A stretch of 64,000 bases of DNA, from positions 23,475,168 to 23,539,167 of the forward strand of contig OZ316892.1 of the NCBI GenBank assembly GCA_973895155.1, given 5' to 3'. The translations under genes and the position numbers were made by a program. The stretch's first letter is position 1; each line of letters starts with the position of its first letter. Shown here in pieces: positions 33,962-47,105 of this stretch. Below the pieces are notes generated by a model. That model searched no databases and was not told the DNA's origin. It saw nothing but the letters and a program-made list of their open reading frames with translations. The DNA is from Marsupella aquatica. Taxonomy: Eukaryota > Plantae > Marchantiophyta.

Positions 33962-36844
33962 AAAGTTGTATTGAAGGGAAAGAGACATAGCAATCTATAC
34001 GTCTTGGAGGGCAGTGTAGTTTGTGATGAAGCCAATATAACCTTATCTCATGAGGAGACGGCCCGGCTGTGGCACTTCCGTTTGGGCCACATGAGTGAAA
34101 AAGGTTTGGTTATTCTTCAGAAGAAAGGATTATTTTTTAATTTGCAATCTTGTAAGTTGGAATTTTGTGAGCACTGTGTGCTAGGGAAGTAGCACAGGAA
34201 ACCCTTCGGAGTTGGAACTCACACCAGCAAGGAGGTACTTGAGTATGTACATAGTGATGTGTGGGGTCCAGCCCTTACTCCCTCACATTCTGGACGGTTA
34301 TACTATGTCATGTTCATAGACGATTACTCAAGGTATGTGTGGATATACTTTCTACACAATAAGTCTGATGTTTTGCCACTTTTAAGGAGTGAAAAGCCTA
34401 AGTAGAGAATCAGATTGGTAATAAGGTGAGATATCTTCGATCGGATAACGGCGGTGAATACAGTTCCGGGGAATTTGGAACGTATTGTAAGGAGCACGGG
34501 ATTACCCGCTATCTCACAATAAGTTATACTCAGCAGAATGGTGTTTTTGAGAGACTCAACCGAACACTATTGGACCGCTCGAGGAGTATGTTGAGTCAAT
34601 CATGATTACCACATGAGTTTTGGGCTGAAGCTATCAACACTGCAGCTTATTTGGTAAATTTTTCTCCATCCAGTTCTATTGGATTCAAGACGCCATTTGA
34701 AATGAGGTACGGGCGTCCAGCAGATTACTCACATCTGAGGATTTTTGGATGTGATGCTTATGTGCTTACACCTTCCCAGCTTCGATCCAAGCTGGAGTCC
34801 AAGTCGAAGAAGTGCATTTTCCTTGGCTATCAGAAAGGTGTTAAGGGTTATAGGTTATGGGATCCAGTAACCTGTAAACTAATTGTCAGTAGAGATGTGT
34901 CCTTTAATGAATCCAGATCATCAAAGAAGGGGGAGAGTTCTCAGGACTCCCATACTAACAAGGGAAAATCTCCTATCCCGGACTGGGTTGAGGGGGAGAT
35001 TAGTCATGATGCTGTTCATGATAGGAGAGATGGAGAAGCTCTGGGCTTGGAGCTGGTTCCTGTGATGGAACAAGAGGAGCAGATTGTTGCTGGGGTACCT
35101 CAAATTCATCCAGCAGCAGCAGCAGATCAACCTGAGTCATCTACTAGAAGAACTTCCAGTCGTTCTACTAGAGCTCCTACCAGGTATGGTCAATGGGCAG
35201 ACTCATCTAAGCTAGATGATATTGACATTGCACCTGATGAAGATGACATGGCTTTGATCTTGGAAGAAGGCCAGCCTTCTTCGTACAGTGAGGCTTGTGC
35301 TTCAGAGCAGAAGCATGAGTGGAATGCAGCAATGCAGAGGGAGTTGCAATCTTTGAGTGACAACAAGACATGGGAGCTGGTGGAGCTTCCAAGAGGTCAG
35401 CAAGTGGTGGACAGTAAGTGGATTTACAAGTTGAAGGATAGTCCTTCAGAGGGTGGAGACAAGATCTACAAGGCAAGGCTTGTTGCCAAGGGATTCACTC
35501 AGGAGAAAGAAATGGATTACAATGAGGTCTTTTCACCGGTGGCAAAGTATTCCACAATACGGATCTTGTGTCAGCTTGTTGTGTTTTTTTGGTCTGGTGA
35601 TGGATCAGATGGATGTTGTTACTGCTTTTCTCTATGGCAACTTGGAAGAGTTGATCTTCATGAGATAGCCACTAGGCTTTATGAAGAAGGGCCAAGAGAA
35701 CTTAGTTTGCAGATTGCTCAAGTGCTTGTATGGATTGAAGCAGTCTCCTAGACAGTGGAACAAGCGGTTTGATGATTTCATGCTTGCTCAAGGTTTTACA
35801 AGGATGGTGTATGATCCTTGTGTATATACGAAATCAGTCAAGAATGATGTATTTGGTTTCATCATTCTGGTGATTTATGTGGATGACATGCTGATTGTGG
35901 CTAAAGATCAATCTGAGGTTGACAGTCTCAAGGCAAAATTGAGTGCTGAATTCAGGATGAAGGATCTTGGTAAGGCCAAGAGGATCTTAGGGATGGAGAT
36001 TTTTAGGAACTCTGAGACTGGACAGTTGTGCTTGAGTCAAGGTCAGTATGCGAGGAAAGTACTTGCACGATTCAACATGGAAAACTATAAGCCAGTGAGT
36101 ATTCCTTTAGCTTCACATTTCAAGTTATCATCGGCTTTCTCTCCTACGGATGCTGTGGAGAAAGGTCTGATGGCTAAGATTCCTTATGAGAAGGCAGTAG
36201 GCAATCTGATGTATTTGATGACTTGTACTAGGCCTGACTTAGCCCTAGCGATGGGCAAGGTTAGCAGATTCATGTCAAATCCAGGGAAGGTACACTGGGA
36301 AGCTGTGAAATGGATTCTCAGGTATGTGAAGGGAACACAGGACTATGGATTACTATTTGATAACAGATCAAATAGAACGTTGGTTGGCTATGTAGATTCT
36401 GACTATGGAGGCTGTCTGGATACAAGGAGGTCTACAACTGGGTTTGTTTACACTCTTGGAGGAGGATGTATCAGTTGGAAATCTACCTTGCAGAAGTGCA
36501 TATCTCAGTCTACTACAGAAGCAGAGTATGTTGCAGCAGCAGAAGCAGCAAAGGAAGCAATTTGGTTGGATAAGTTGATCGCGGAGATGGGTTTAGAGCA
36601 TGGAAAAATGACTCTAAACTGTGATAGTCAGGGTGCTCTTCACTTGGCTGCTAAGCAGGTGATGGATAGCAGGGTGAAGCACATTGATATCAGGTACCAT
36701 TTTATCAGGCAAGCAGTGTTTGATAAAACTTTTGAGCTAGTCAAGATTGATGGAAAGCTCAATCCCGCTGATGCTTTTACCAAAGTGATTCCTTTGGAGA
36801 GTTTCTCAAGACACCGTGCTACTTTGCAGGTTTTGCAGTTGTAG
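33962..36844 (+). pseudogene. Copia pol 3' part (integrase, RT, RNase H), degenerate
   Basis: [13 protein letters not shown]...FCEHCVLGK (integrase zinc finger); KSKKCIFLGY; RT YKARLVAKGF, LYGLKQSPRQW, IYVDDML; RNase H YVDSDYGG...STTEAEYVA...CDSQGA...KHIDIRYHF. Confidence 0.95.
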
Positions 36845-37020
36845 TGCAAGTAGAGTTATTTAGCAATGTGTGACTATTTGTATATGGATTACTCATAGTT
36901 CTAGTTAACCCTTAGTTAACCCTTGTGGTTTTTAGGGGAGACCTGGTTTGGTGATTGTCTAGAACTTCCCGCTGAGGATTCCATATGATAGCATTTAGTC
37001 CAGTCCCCAAGACAAGAGTC

Positions 37021-37029
37021 AAGGGGGAG
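37021..37029 (+). promoter_or_regulatory. Polypurine tract
   Basis: AAGGGGGAG just before the 3' LTR. Confidence 0.9.
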
Positions 37030-37031
37030 TT

Positions 37032-37375
37032 TGTTAGATATTGCTCTAGTCTTGTGACTCATGAGCTAACCATAGTTAGTCTAACTCGGGTTAGGACTTA
37101 GCTAATGTTAGCGGTAGTGCTGTTGTGCATATAGCCAGGGCTGATGCCAGACCCTGGTGGAACAAAGGCTCATTGTTATGGAGCTAGTTGAGAGATAGGA
37201 AGAGCTTGTGCTGTGGATGCTTGGTATGGCCGGTCGGCCTAGAGTGCAGTAAAGCTCTTGTATGTTCCCGTGGATGTAGCCTCATGTGGAGGTGAACCAC
37301 ATATCTCTCTGTGTCGACTATTGTGCGTTGGATGATTCATGGGCTTGCCATTACGAATGTCGTCTATGCTCAACA
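37032..37375 (+). repeat. Copia 3' LTR
   Basis: TGTTAG...CAACA followed by TSD AGCTC. Confidence 0.97.
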
Positions 37376-40300
37376 AGCTCCTCCAGGGTATAGGTCCTCT
37401 CCACTCGTCTGACCTCAGCATCTCTTAATTATAGTGAAGCTGTGTTTTTGTTAACCTAGCCAGACACCTTGGACTTGAGGGTATTACTAAGTGCTTGGTG
37501 GAGTCTCCATTGTGCAATTTCTGTGCTGGTGGGAAAATAAACCACTCAAGTTGTGTCAAAAGAGCATGCCAAACACAACAGTTTTTGAGTTTTGATTTGA
37601 AACACACTGTCTAGCCCCTGCTGGAACTTTTTCCCCAACCGCCGCCACCGCCCCCCCCCCCCCCACAGCACACAGAGACACATTACCTGCAACGTTTTAA
37701 AAGCTTAAAGAGTCACACTAAAAATTAAGGAATACATTGGACTTCTTACCCTTACTTTTATTCATTTGAAATATTCTTGGAATGTTGAATATCTGGTTAA
37801 AACAACCTTATCTTTCTTATAAGGCTCAAAATTGGATCTCAAATAACCTATTATTCTGGTAAGGTCAAAAAGAGATTGGATCTCCACAAAACTTCTTGAC
37901 AAATCGCAGGTCTTTTGGAAGAAAGCCAATGTTCCCTCAAAAGGCCAAGAATGGCTAGGAATAAATAATTTAGAAGCTCTGACTTAAAGCCTGAGCCCAG
38001 GGCAACTCCAAAAGCATAGTAGTTACATGCCCTTATAGGTGATGTACCTAACATTGCACATAGGCAGGGCCACACAGTCAAGAGAAGAGGACGTCTTCCT
38101 TTTGTATTGTTGATTCCAAACTCATGTTATCGTACTGAAAACACATGTTTGAATAGATCCTTTGCATAATTAGGAATCTCACATGGGCAAAAGGTTCCCT
38201 CAAAAAGTAGAAAAAATAAGGAGGATCAAATAATTAGAGTCCTCGAATGTAGTGTTTTCCAGTTACAGTAACCTGAAACTGACACCATGTGGATGCATTT
38301 CCTCCTGCGAGGCCCAAGGCAACGAGGACATGTGCTGGAACATGATATTCATGTGGACTTAAAGATGAACTGCTACAGTATTCTCCTTGCGAACCACGAG
38401 CGTTCTCCTCAAACCCAACCGAAAGGTACAATACCAGTGAGAAGACTCTCTTACGTAACGGGTCGGGCCTTTCTCCAGCATGAGACAACTTCACAAATGA
38501 GTCCGTTAAATAGGCCTAAATACAACGTGCCTTTGTGTTCTCATGAATTTTCCCCTGGCAGAGAGCGTCGATGAGCTGTCTACACAAAATCATTTTAATT
38601 CCGATCTATTAATATTGTGTCTCAGTTTATTACCGTTTTTCTTTAGACTTAGTTCCTTCCTGTCTTTGCAGGCTATTTCTTTCCATAGCTGCCGCAGCCC
38701 CGTGTTGGATTCGAACTTGAAGCTGAAATCAATAGGATCAAAACGAAGCGATCCGTGCTTTCTATTGTCAATTATCGAGGTTCAATACAAGTTGAAAGAA
38801 TGTTTTCCTATCGAAAATAAAGGGGAATGTCTGTCTCTCTTTCCTACAAAAGCGAAAAGGAAAAGGGGGAATAATGTCTGGGCAAAGTTTAAGGGCTACA
38901 CGTATTTCTCGTCATCGATTGCCGATTCTTCCCGATGACTATTTCATCTTCTGTTGACTTTGCCACATGTAATGCAAATGATTGTGCATGGAACGATGAT
39001 TCGACTTTGAGATCAACATCACATTGTTCAATTGCATAAGATTAAAGGCACCCAGTATCTCCCACCAGTGTAGCGGGTATTCCTCGGCTATCCTGATTGA
39101 GTGCATGTCTTTAAAATACCTTCGAATATATTTTTGTCTAGTACACGAGTTTGAGCAAAGGTGAACTGTTCTGGCCCATCGACTTTCAACTGATTTAGCT
39201 CCAAATCTTCTTGGACGTGGTGATCTTACTTCATTTGCTCATAACTTGTCTGTTGCTTTGCTTTCTCCTTCTGAATTCTGTGCATAGCTGGAGTCAATTC
39301 TGTATGGCAATTCAACGTGGACTGGGCACCCGTGTGCACACTCTCCTCCCAAAATTCAACTATCGCAGTCTGTGTGCAACGACGTATATTATGGCTAGTC
39401 TATCAAGCTTCAATCAAGAACAACGAACGAATGCCGTTGTGATCAGACCCAAAAGTATGATCGATCGCCAATCCTTCGTGGCTGTAAGCTTGTGAACTTG
39501 ATGATCACCTCCCCTGAGGCCCTGAAGTTAGGCCCGGAAGCAGATTCCCTGGCCAAGCGTGCGAATGCGGATCGCAAATGTTGCGAAAGTTGTGTTGACC
39601 AGACGACAGAAGTACGGACCCTGTATGGCATAATTATGCAGTCCCGCTTCATGACTGCGATTCGTGGAGCTTTCAATTCCCAATTTCCCATGCTCGAGTT
39701 TTTTAAGAACTACGCCTACAAGACAAAAAAACCTAAACATGTTTCAGGATGAACATCTCTTCCCGAGAAAGGGGAGGTTGTGATTAAACTTAGTTATTGT
39801 AATACGCAAAACTGAATTTTGGCCACTAAGTTCAAATCACAATTCCGGCCCACTCAGTACAGCGAGGATACAGCTTTCTCTAGTCAATAAGACAACTCAT
39901 TAGGATTCACATCCCCTAAAATAGGACTTCTCTCAAATATAACACTTGGGCCCACTAGCCACTCTCTAACATGACTGTAGCAATAGCCTCATTTGAAATT
40001 TGAATCGAAACCTGTAGATATGGACCAACCTTAAATTGGCAAACCGCAAAGTGCATTCGAGTATTCGACAGAATGTTGCATGGAGGAATCGTCTGCTCAA
40101 ATCAATGTTTCCTATTCTATTTTTGGGACTGAGCTTAGGTGGCAACTGCCACAAAGGCCCAGGAGGAGCAGGGCCAGGATTTCTGATAAGTTTTCTACAC
40201 AAATAGATCTTCCCAAATCTAATGAACTGTAGTGTCGATTCCCGCCTCACCGCATGTCAACTTTTGGTGAATTTTTACTTAGTGCTATCCCGCCAAAACC

Positions 40301-40846
40301 TGTCTGGTAAGATTTTGACGGACATTTGCCGAACTGAGGTCAGCTCAAATGGTACGTGCTGTCTAAACTAGATTGTAGTGAATCCAAAACTGTTGATGTT
40401 ATTAAGAATCCGAACTTGCTGGTGTTCTCGTCGTGCCACATTGTCATCGCCCCTGAACCAAGATTGAAAGCTATCCTAGCCAGAAATTTGCTTGGTGAGA
40501 CCCCAGGCAAGGAAATCCTCTGTGCTTGGTTGGGCCAAGACTTTCCACACTACTGTACTACTTGGTGAGATCCCATTTGACCACTTCAGGTACATGTTCT
40601 ACTACAGTAGTTGGCTGGGCAGGGCTAGTCCTATACTAGTCAGAGACATTAGGGAGTTTCAAGCTTCAGAGAATGATGATGGCTTTTGCCATAGCTTTTT
40701 CACAAGGTGACGTAAAAGTTTTTAATTTTTTTCTGGCTAGCCTGTACAGTGACTTATGGTCATGGCACTGACAAATCTTTAAGGAAAAAAGTTGTGGATT
40801 ATGAATTGGGTAGTCCATAACTTTTTCTGTCAGTAACCTTAACTAC

Positions 40847-40915
40847 CCACTTATGGTCCATCAAATTTGCCACTTATGGTCCATCAAATTTTCCACTTAT
40901 GGTCCATCAAATTTG
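40847..40915. repeat. ~23-bp tandem repeat x3
   Basis: ccacttatggtccatcaaattt repeated three times. Confidence 0.85.
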
Positions 40916-43029
40916 AAGCTTTGAGATGCCCTATTGGAGTTTATGGTCCAGGACATCTGAACCCATTAGCTGGACCCAAAGCCAAAGTTTTCTGAGGTGG
41001 ACAAAAAAATGGTGAGGGCCAGTGTTGTTTGGCCTCTCGTCTGAATAACAGAGTCACTTGGGCTGCTGGGCAGCAGCTGACTGGACCAGGTGAGAAGTGA
41101 GAGTGGGGAAGTGAGTAAGAGTTTAGGGTTTAGGGTTTCCCAACTTGACCCTCTCAATGGCAGCCAAACCCAACTTGAAACAAAAATGAGGAGATACCCT
41201 ACTGTGTTTAAGGTAAGGCAACTGGATCTCAAAATAATTCTTGATAGGAGCACAAGGCAACTGGATCTCAAAATAATTCTTCATAGGAGCACCACAGTAC
41301 ATGGGGTTCCACAACTGTCTATATATAACAGTGCGAAAGAGCAAAAGACACCAAACCGGAAGACAGGATCCCAAAGGCACTAGCGCTGATAAATGGGGGA
41401 CAAAAAGGGAAAGGTCCATGAAAACCCAAAAGCCAAAGAACCAAAAAAGCCCAAGAGCCAAATGGCCAGAGGGCCCCATGAACAGCAAAAGAATTATGTA
41501 CGTGCTTGATTGTGGAACAGTTTGCGTTGTAGTTTTCAAATACTGAACTATGGCCGGTAGGAAAGGTACACTACTCATAAGAAAGAGGAATCAACTTGCT
41601 GAACCTAGCAAAAGAATATAGTAGTGCAGTTGAGCAATGAACCTACGATTCAAATATCTTCAGATCTGTTTTTTATATATTTCTAAACACACACCGGGCC
41701 ACAAGGTCCAAGACAACTTCAACTTAAAAGCCAAACAATCCACTGACAGTAAGTGTGTAATTATTTGAACTAAATGCTAGTCAAAGTACACAAATGTCAT
41801 CTGGTCACTAAGATCAATACTTCAATCCACATTACCATGGAAAAGTGCGGCGTATATAAGTGCAGGACAGCCCTGAGGACGGCCATCTTGGCCCCTAGTA
41901 TTACAGCAGTTTCCTTTGCAAATGTACAGAAACTACATAAATGCAGATAGACCTCAGTAAAAAACCAAATACGGCAACTGTGCGATCAATACATAAGTGC
42001 ATTATCATCTATAAGTGTACACATACATCCATGTGAAGCATTTATTGATAAGTGCAACAGACATTACATACATAATGAGTTTCATGCACTTTTCCAATTG
42101 CATAGTGCAGTATGCAGGCTTGGGGTATGAGGAGTTGGATGTATGTGATCTGACAACACATAAAAGAAAGTGCATGAACTATAATTTCCCATGCACTTAT
42201 TGGGTAGTGCAATCATCCTCATATGGAGAAGTACATAAAGGAAATCCAGTGCATTTATAACAATGTGCATATTAAGTTGGATAAGTGCCTGCTTGAGGCG
42301 TTTTTCCCAGGAGCGTGCACTTAGAATCGGTACTCTTTGATGTAGAGTGGGTTCTTAAGCTATCTCCATCCTCACGTGAAAGTCCCAAATGTCTATAAAT
42401 CTTCTTTCATTGGGAAACAAACTCAGTCCCAAATAACCCTTTGACTTTTGCTGGTTCTATCATAATCCCATGACACAAACCATGAAGGAGTGTCCACTTT
42501 TGATGTCTGTTTCAAAAGAAAAATCTCGTTGTTCTCAATGACCCATTTATACTCATGTGAGCCAATCCAAATCAAGTGGATGGTGTAATGGTTTTAATTT
42601 GGATGGAGGGCGTTTTGGGACCATTCAACTTGAGCTGATGAAGGCTAGTGAAAAGAACACCCAAACAATGAGTCTGGTGTTTGTCAGCTTTTAACCTCTT
42701 TTGCTTTTACAGTGTACTTTGTTTGGCCTCTTTTGGTAAATTATGACGGCTTGTTTTTCTTCAAGGGTTGAATGTTTGAAGTTTGAAGGTCACAATCTGC
42801 CCTTGATGTGAATGTGCAGTAGACAGAAGTTAAACCACTGTTATTCCGTGACCAGGCCCAGTTGATCCCAGGGTACCAATAGGTGAAAATTTCATAAGAA
42901 AGAAAGAAAACGAGAGAAAGGACATTAAGATTAAGGTTAGATTAGAGTCAGCTAAAATCCAAGGGGCACGCACAACACATTACTGTCAAGTCCGTACAAT
43001 TTTAATCTGCAAGTTCAGATTGTTCGTCA

Positions 43030-43445
43030 ATGTTGTTGAATGGGATTTCACAGACTTCCATGGCTAAATATCTGGTTAAAGTTGTTGAATGGGATTTCAG
43101 AGTTCCATGGCTAAATATCTGGTTAAAGTTGTTGAATGGGATTTCAGAGTTCCATGGCTAAATTAATGTCAAATTGCTGCTCGAATTGATTGAATGGAAC
43201 TTCACAGACTTCCATGCCAGTGGAATATCAAACTGCTCGTGGAAGTTGTTGAACGAAATTTGACAGACTTCCGTGGCGAAAAATCGAATTGCTCTTCGAA
43301 GTAGTTGCTTGGAATGTCACAAACTTCTATGGCGAAAAGTCAAGTTGCTCATTGAAGTTGTTGAATGGAATTCCACAGACTTCCCTGACGAAACACCAAA
43401 TTGCTCGTATAAGTTGTTGAATGGGATTTCAAACGTCCATGGCGA
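43030..43445. repeat. Degenerate ~50-58-bp tandem array (about 8 units)
   Basis: Recurring core (aa)gttgttgaatgggatttcacagacttccatggc. Confidence 0.8.
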
Positions 43446-46400
43446 GAGATCAGAACTCCACGCTCCACAGAATAGAATATCAACAATTCAGTTGGAAAGC
43501 TCCTGCCCCAACCCTCTGACATGGGCTCAGCCTTCCAGGCATCTCGGCGCTGCTTGGTAGGGGTCTATTTTACTGTGGGCTTTAGTCAGCCTTAATAGAT
43601 TTTGGAGACTTAGACTCGATTGCGAGCTTTGACCTGGAAAGTCGCAACACGGCATTTACAACAAGCTCGACGACGACAAGAATTCAAGCCTCACTCCAGC
43701 TAGTTGGGGATCGAGAGGCCAAGCTTCAGGACTTTAGTGGGAAAGCACTCGAGCACAACAAATTTTCGAATAGTAAGTTGGTGAGTGTAATGTTGAGTCT
43801 GATGACAAAAACAGAGCTACATGAGCAGTAGTTTTCACAGCTAAAATAGTATTCTATACCGTTTCGCGCGCACATTGGGTCTATTGGAATCCTATTGCCA
43901 ATCTTTTCAATTCCTGGCCCTGCCACCTTCATTCAATGCCATGTGACTGACCTCAGTAAAAGCAAGCTTTGGCTTCGGAAGAAGTGCCGGAACGCACGTA
44001 GGGAAGTTAATCTTAATATTCCCACGTTTCCTAAGGTACCAGAGTCCAGAGATCTAGGGAGTAGGAAGACTGGAAGAGAAACAGATAGAGTTGACCATGG
44101 TTACATGATTAATGTTCTTAATGTTCCCTCCTTAGTAATAGTTGTTTCACAGGACATGCTCATATATGAGAGATATGCTTAGTAGACTCCTTTCTGGAAA
44201 AAGTTTGCTTCATCAACCCCTTCTATATTTTTCCCCAACCTGAACCTTTGATGGACCTTTCCATCTCAGATCTGGATCATTGATAGACCTCAGGGGGTCT
44301 ATCAAATAACAAGTTTCATTTTGGGGGTTGATCAAACAAATACCTCCCTAATATATCTTACTTTGGAAACTTTGAGCAAATTTTAGTCCTTGGAAATAAC
44401 ATCCTTCACTCACCCTCCTGATACAGTTTTGGCATTTATATTTAAACCCAGAGAAATTACAATTGCTAGACTTCTGGCAATCATTATTGTATTGGAATTT
44501 CTTGACTAGGATGTTCATCAGAAAATAAGGAAGATGTGGATGTGTATATATAGTGGAACCTTCGGGTTTAGTTTGAACGGGCCGGTTTGCAGCATTGGCT
44601 CTCATTGCCACACTGCTGAAAATGGGATCTGGTCTCGGGTTGATTTTGGGGCCATGTCCATGCCGAACATAACACTGAAGGCGGTTTTGGGGGCTGGTTA
44701 CATTTGAGCCTCCTCATTTCCTGAAAGTCCAATATTCTTGCACATGACACTTTTTACATTTTAGTTCCTTGGTTTGATCAAACCTAATTGCAATAAGACT
44801 TTCCAGTAAGAGTTGCAGATGCTCTGATAACTTGATGCAATAAAATATTCTAGGTAGAGAAAAAATGACTTAAGGCTAGAATATAATTCCTTTCTTTTCA
44901 TTTTCAAAGTCGTTGTGTACACAAGGACGCTTCACTATATGAAAAATACTCCTTCTAGGTTTGCCAAATACCCCAAAATTATTTTGTTAACGAGACTCAA
45001 ACCTTCATATTTATGATTTTTTGCTCCACCCAGAACCAAAATCCTAAAATGAGTTCCGCCAATCTAGCTAGCTGGCAGTATAGTACTACTAGGGGGTCTC
45101 AACAACCAGTTTTTGGCCGCCACTACAACTTAGTCATGGCCTCTGGCAAACAGGGGACAGGCACCCACAAGGGTGGTCCACAGCTGCCTGTGGATTTAGT
45201 CCTGTGACCGTTGCTGTGTAATCTATGCTGGCATGGGTGTCAAGGCTGTTGTCAAAACATATCTCAAAATTATGTGCCAAACAATAGTTGTGTCCATCAT
45301 TAAGTGAGGTTGTCCCATTTACAGGGATTCTTTCATGTATGTCAAAAAGTGTCCTTCACAATATTGAGATCCCTTTACTGGGCTGTGGTACAAGCCAGGG
45401 ACAGACTCATGCATAGAAGGGGACATTAGGGCCTGTCAAAGTTCTCCTGTAAGCAACAGCTGTGGATTTTTGGACATATCATCCTTACACACATAATCCC
45501 CCAAAAGTGGGGTTTAGACTCCTCTAGTAACACATAAACTTTTTTTGATTTCACATGGGAATTGGCTGTTCCAGTTTCAGGTCATATAATCACTATAATC
45601 CAAAGGAACTACAGAACAGTTTTAAATAGTTTTAAATAACTAATTACTTGTAGAAGTGAGTATCCTTATTTTGGTGCTTGTTTTGGTAGCCCGTAGCTAT
45701 TTTGTCCCCGCCTTAAAATCGCTTTATGTCCTGAGCTTTGACACACCCTAGTTGGTGAATCTACAGTCCATAGTGGGACGGATGGAAAAACGGGACGATG
45801 GACGGAAAGACGGACGGAGACAATGAAACTCGGCACGGACCGGACCGAGCTTGAATATTGCAATAGGAGTGATTTAGGAGTGATGTGTTTGAGTCTACGA
45901 GAGCTGTTTTGAGAGCGAAGTGTGAAAGGGAAATGCGAAGATTGCATTCGTCCTTTCGGAGGTTGGAGGGCCCACGTTGGATATCGTGGATCCATGGGCT
46001 GGGCTGGCCGACCGCACTGCATTCAAGTTGTCGTCAGGACCGATCTTCACCTCACTTCTCCGCTTCCGTGTTGCTGGCTGCATTTTGCATGGCTGCTATA
46101 ATGTAAAGCAAAGCTCTCGGTACGCTGCAGTGGAAGAATTGAAGCTGCATGCCAAGAAGAGATTGAAGAGACCAACAACTCCATTGCGCTTTTTGGATCT
46201 CTTGGTGTCCCCTTGTCTATTTGTCTTGCCCCTTTCGTGCCTCTTTCTTCTTCCGTTTTCTTCCCAGTTCTTCAGTCTCCGCACGCTTTCAGCAGCTTGG
46301 GTTGTTTTCGATCGATTCCCTCCCTGGGAACTCGGGCCCAACAGACATCGTATCGTAGACGATCACCAGCGTGAGGGCACGCTGATTCCGCATACGATGT

Positions 46401-47105
46401 CGTAATACCGAAAAAGAGAGAGCGGGGGGAGGTAGTCAGATCTAGAGCACCATAGCTCACTTCGGTGGCATTCACAGATGTCATCGGATTGGACCGATGA
46501 TCCTCTTGAAGTGCGTGAAGTAAGGGGTTTGCGGAGCGCTTTGGGCATCAATGGCTGCAGGTCTCATGTGGAATTCTGTCCAGAATTCGGTTATCATTGT
46601 ACTGACGGCCAACGCTGGCGATGAAGCCACTACGGTGAGAGAGAGAACGACGTACTGCTTCTGATTTATAGATTTATTGACGATTTGAAATTGAGATTTT
46701 TGATAGATATAGCCATGGTGTGCATCAAGGGGAGCGTCAAGGAGTAATGTCGTGACAGGGACCTGCCCCAGTGTAGCGAAGTAGTCGACATTATTTGGTC
46801 TCGGTGCTGAAGCAAGGTGATTTCCTTGCTGCATGCAGCTATCGACATTCGATACTGTATAGATTTATTTTTTCCCTCTTGAATTTGGTTTGCCAAAAAA
46901 TGGGGAACACGGAAGTTCCCGTGACGAGAGTGAGAGTTCTACTCAGGAGCATTGTTAAAGATCTCTGAAATTTTGTCGATCAGTCGCAAGAGTGGCAAAG
47001 ACCTGCATGGAACGCCCTCAATCTTGGCACATGCTGCTTTCGACCCGGGGAGGAGGACCGAAGGTGGCTGGAGGAGCCCTTGGGGGTTCCCCGATCTCCT
47101 CGAAG

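Larger units (their letters stand above)
6301..37375 (+). mobile_element. Ty1/copia LTR retrotransposon (copy 1), degenerate, interrupted at 9606/33962
   Basis: 344-bp LTRs at 6301-6644 and 37032-37375 (7 differences, all transitions). TSD AGCTC at 6296-6300 and 37376-37380. tRNA-iMet PBS, PPT, and domain order gag-PR-INT-RT-RH. Confidence 0.97.

Noticed and set aside
43030-43445. Repeat-spacer (CRISPR-like) array
   Set aside because: The segments between cores are related to each other and the cores are degenerate; it is a decayed minisatellite with no cas genes nearby.
37400-46900. Many 60-150 aa ORFs in the intergenic region
   Set aside because: No domains, often non-ATG starts and overlapping on both strands; consistent with chance ORFs.
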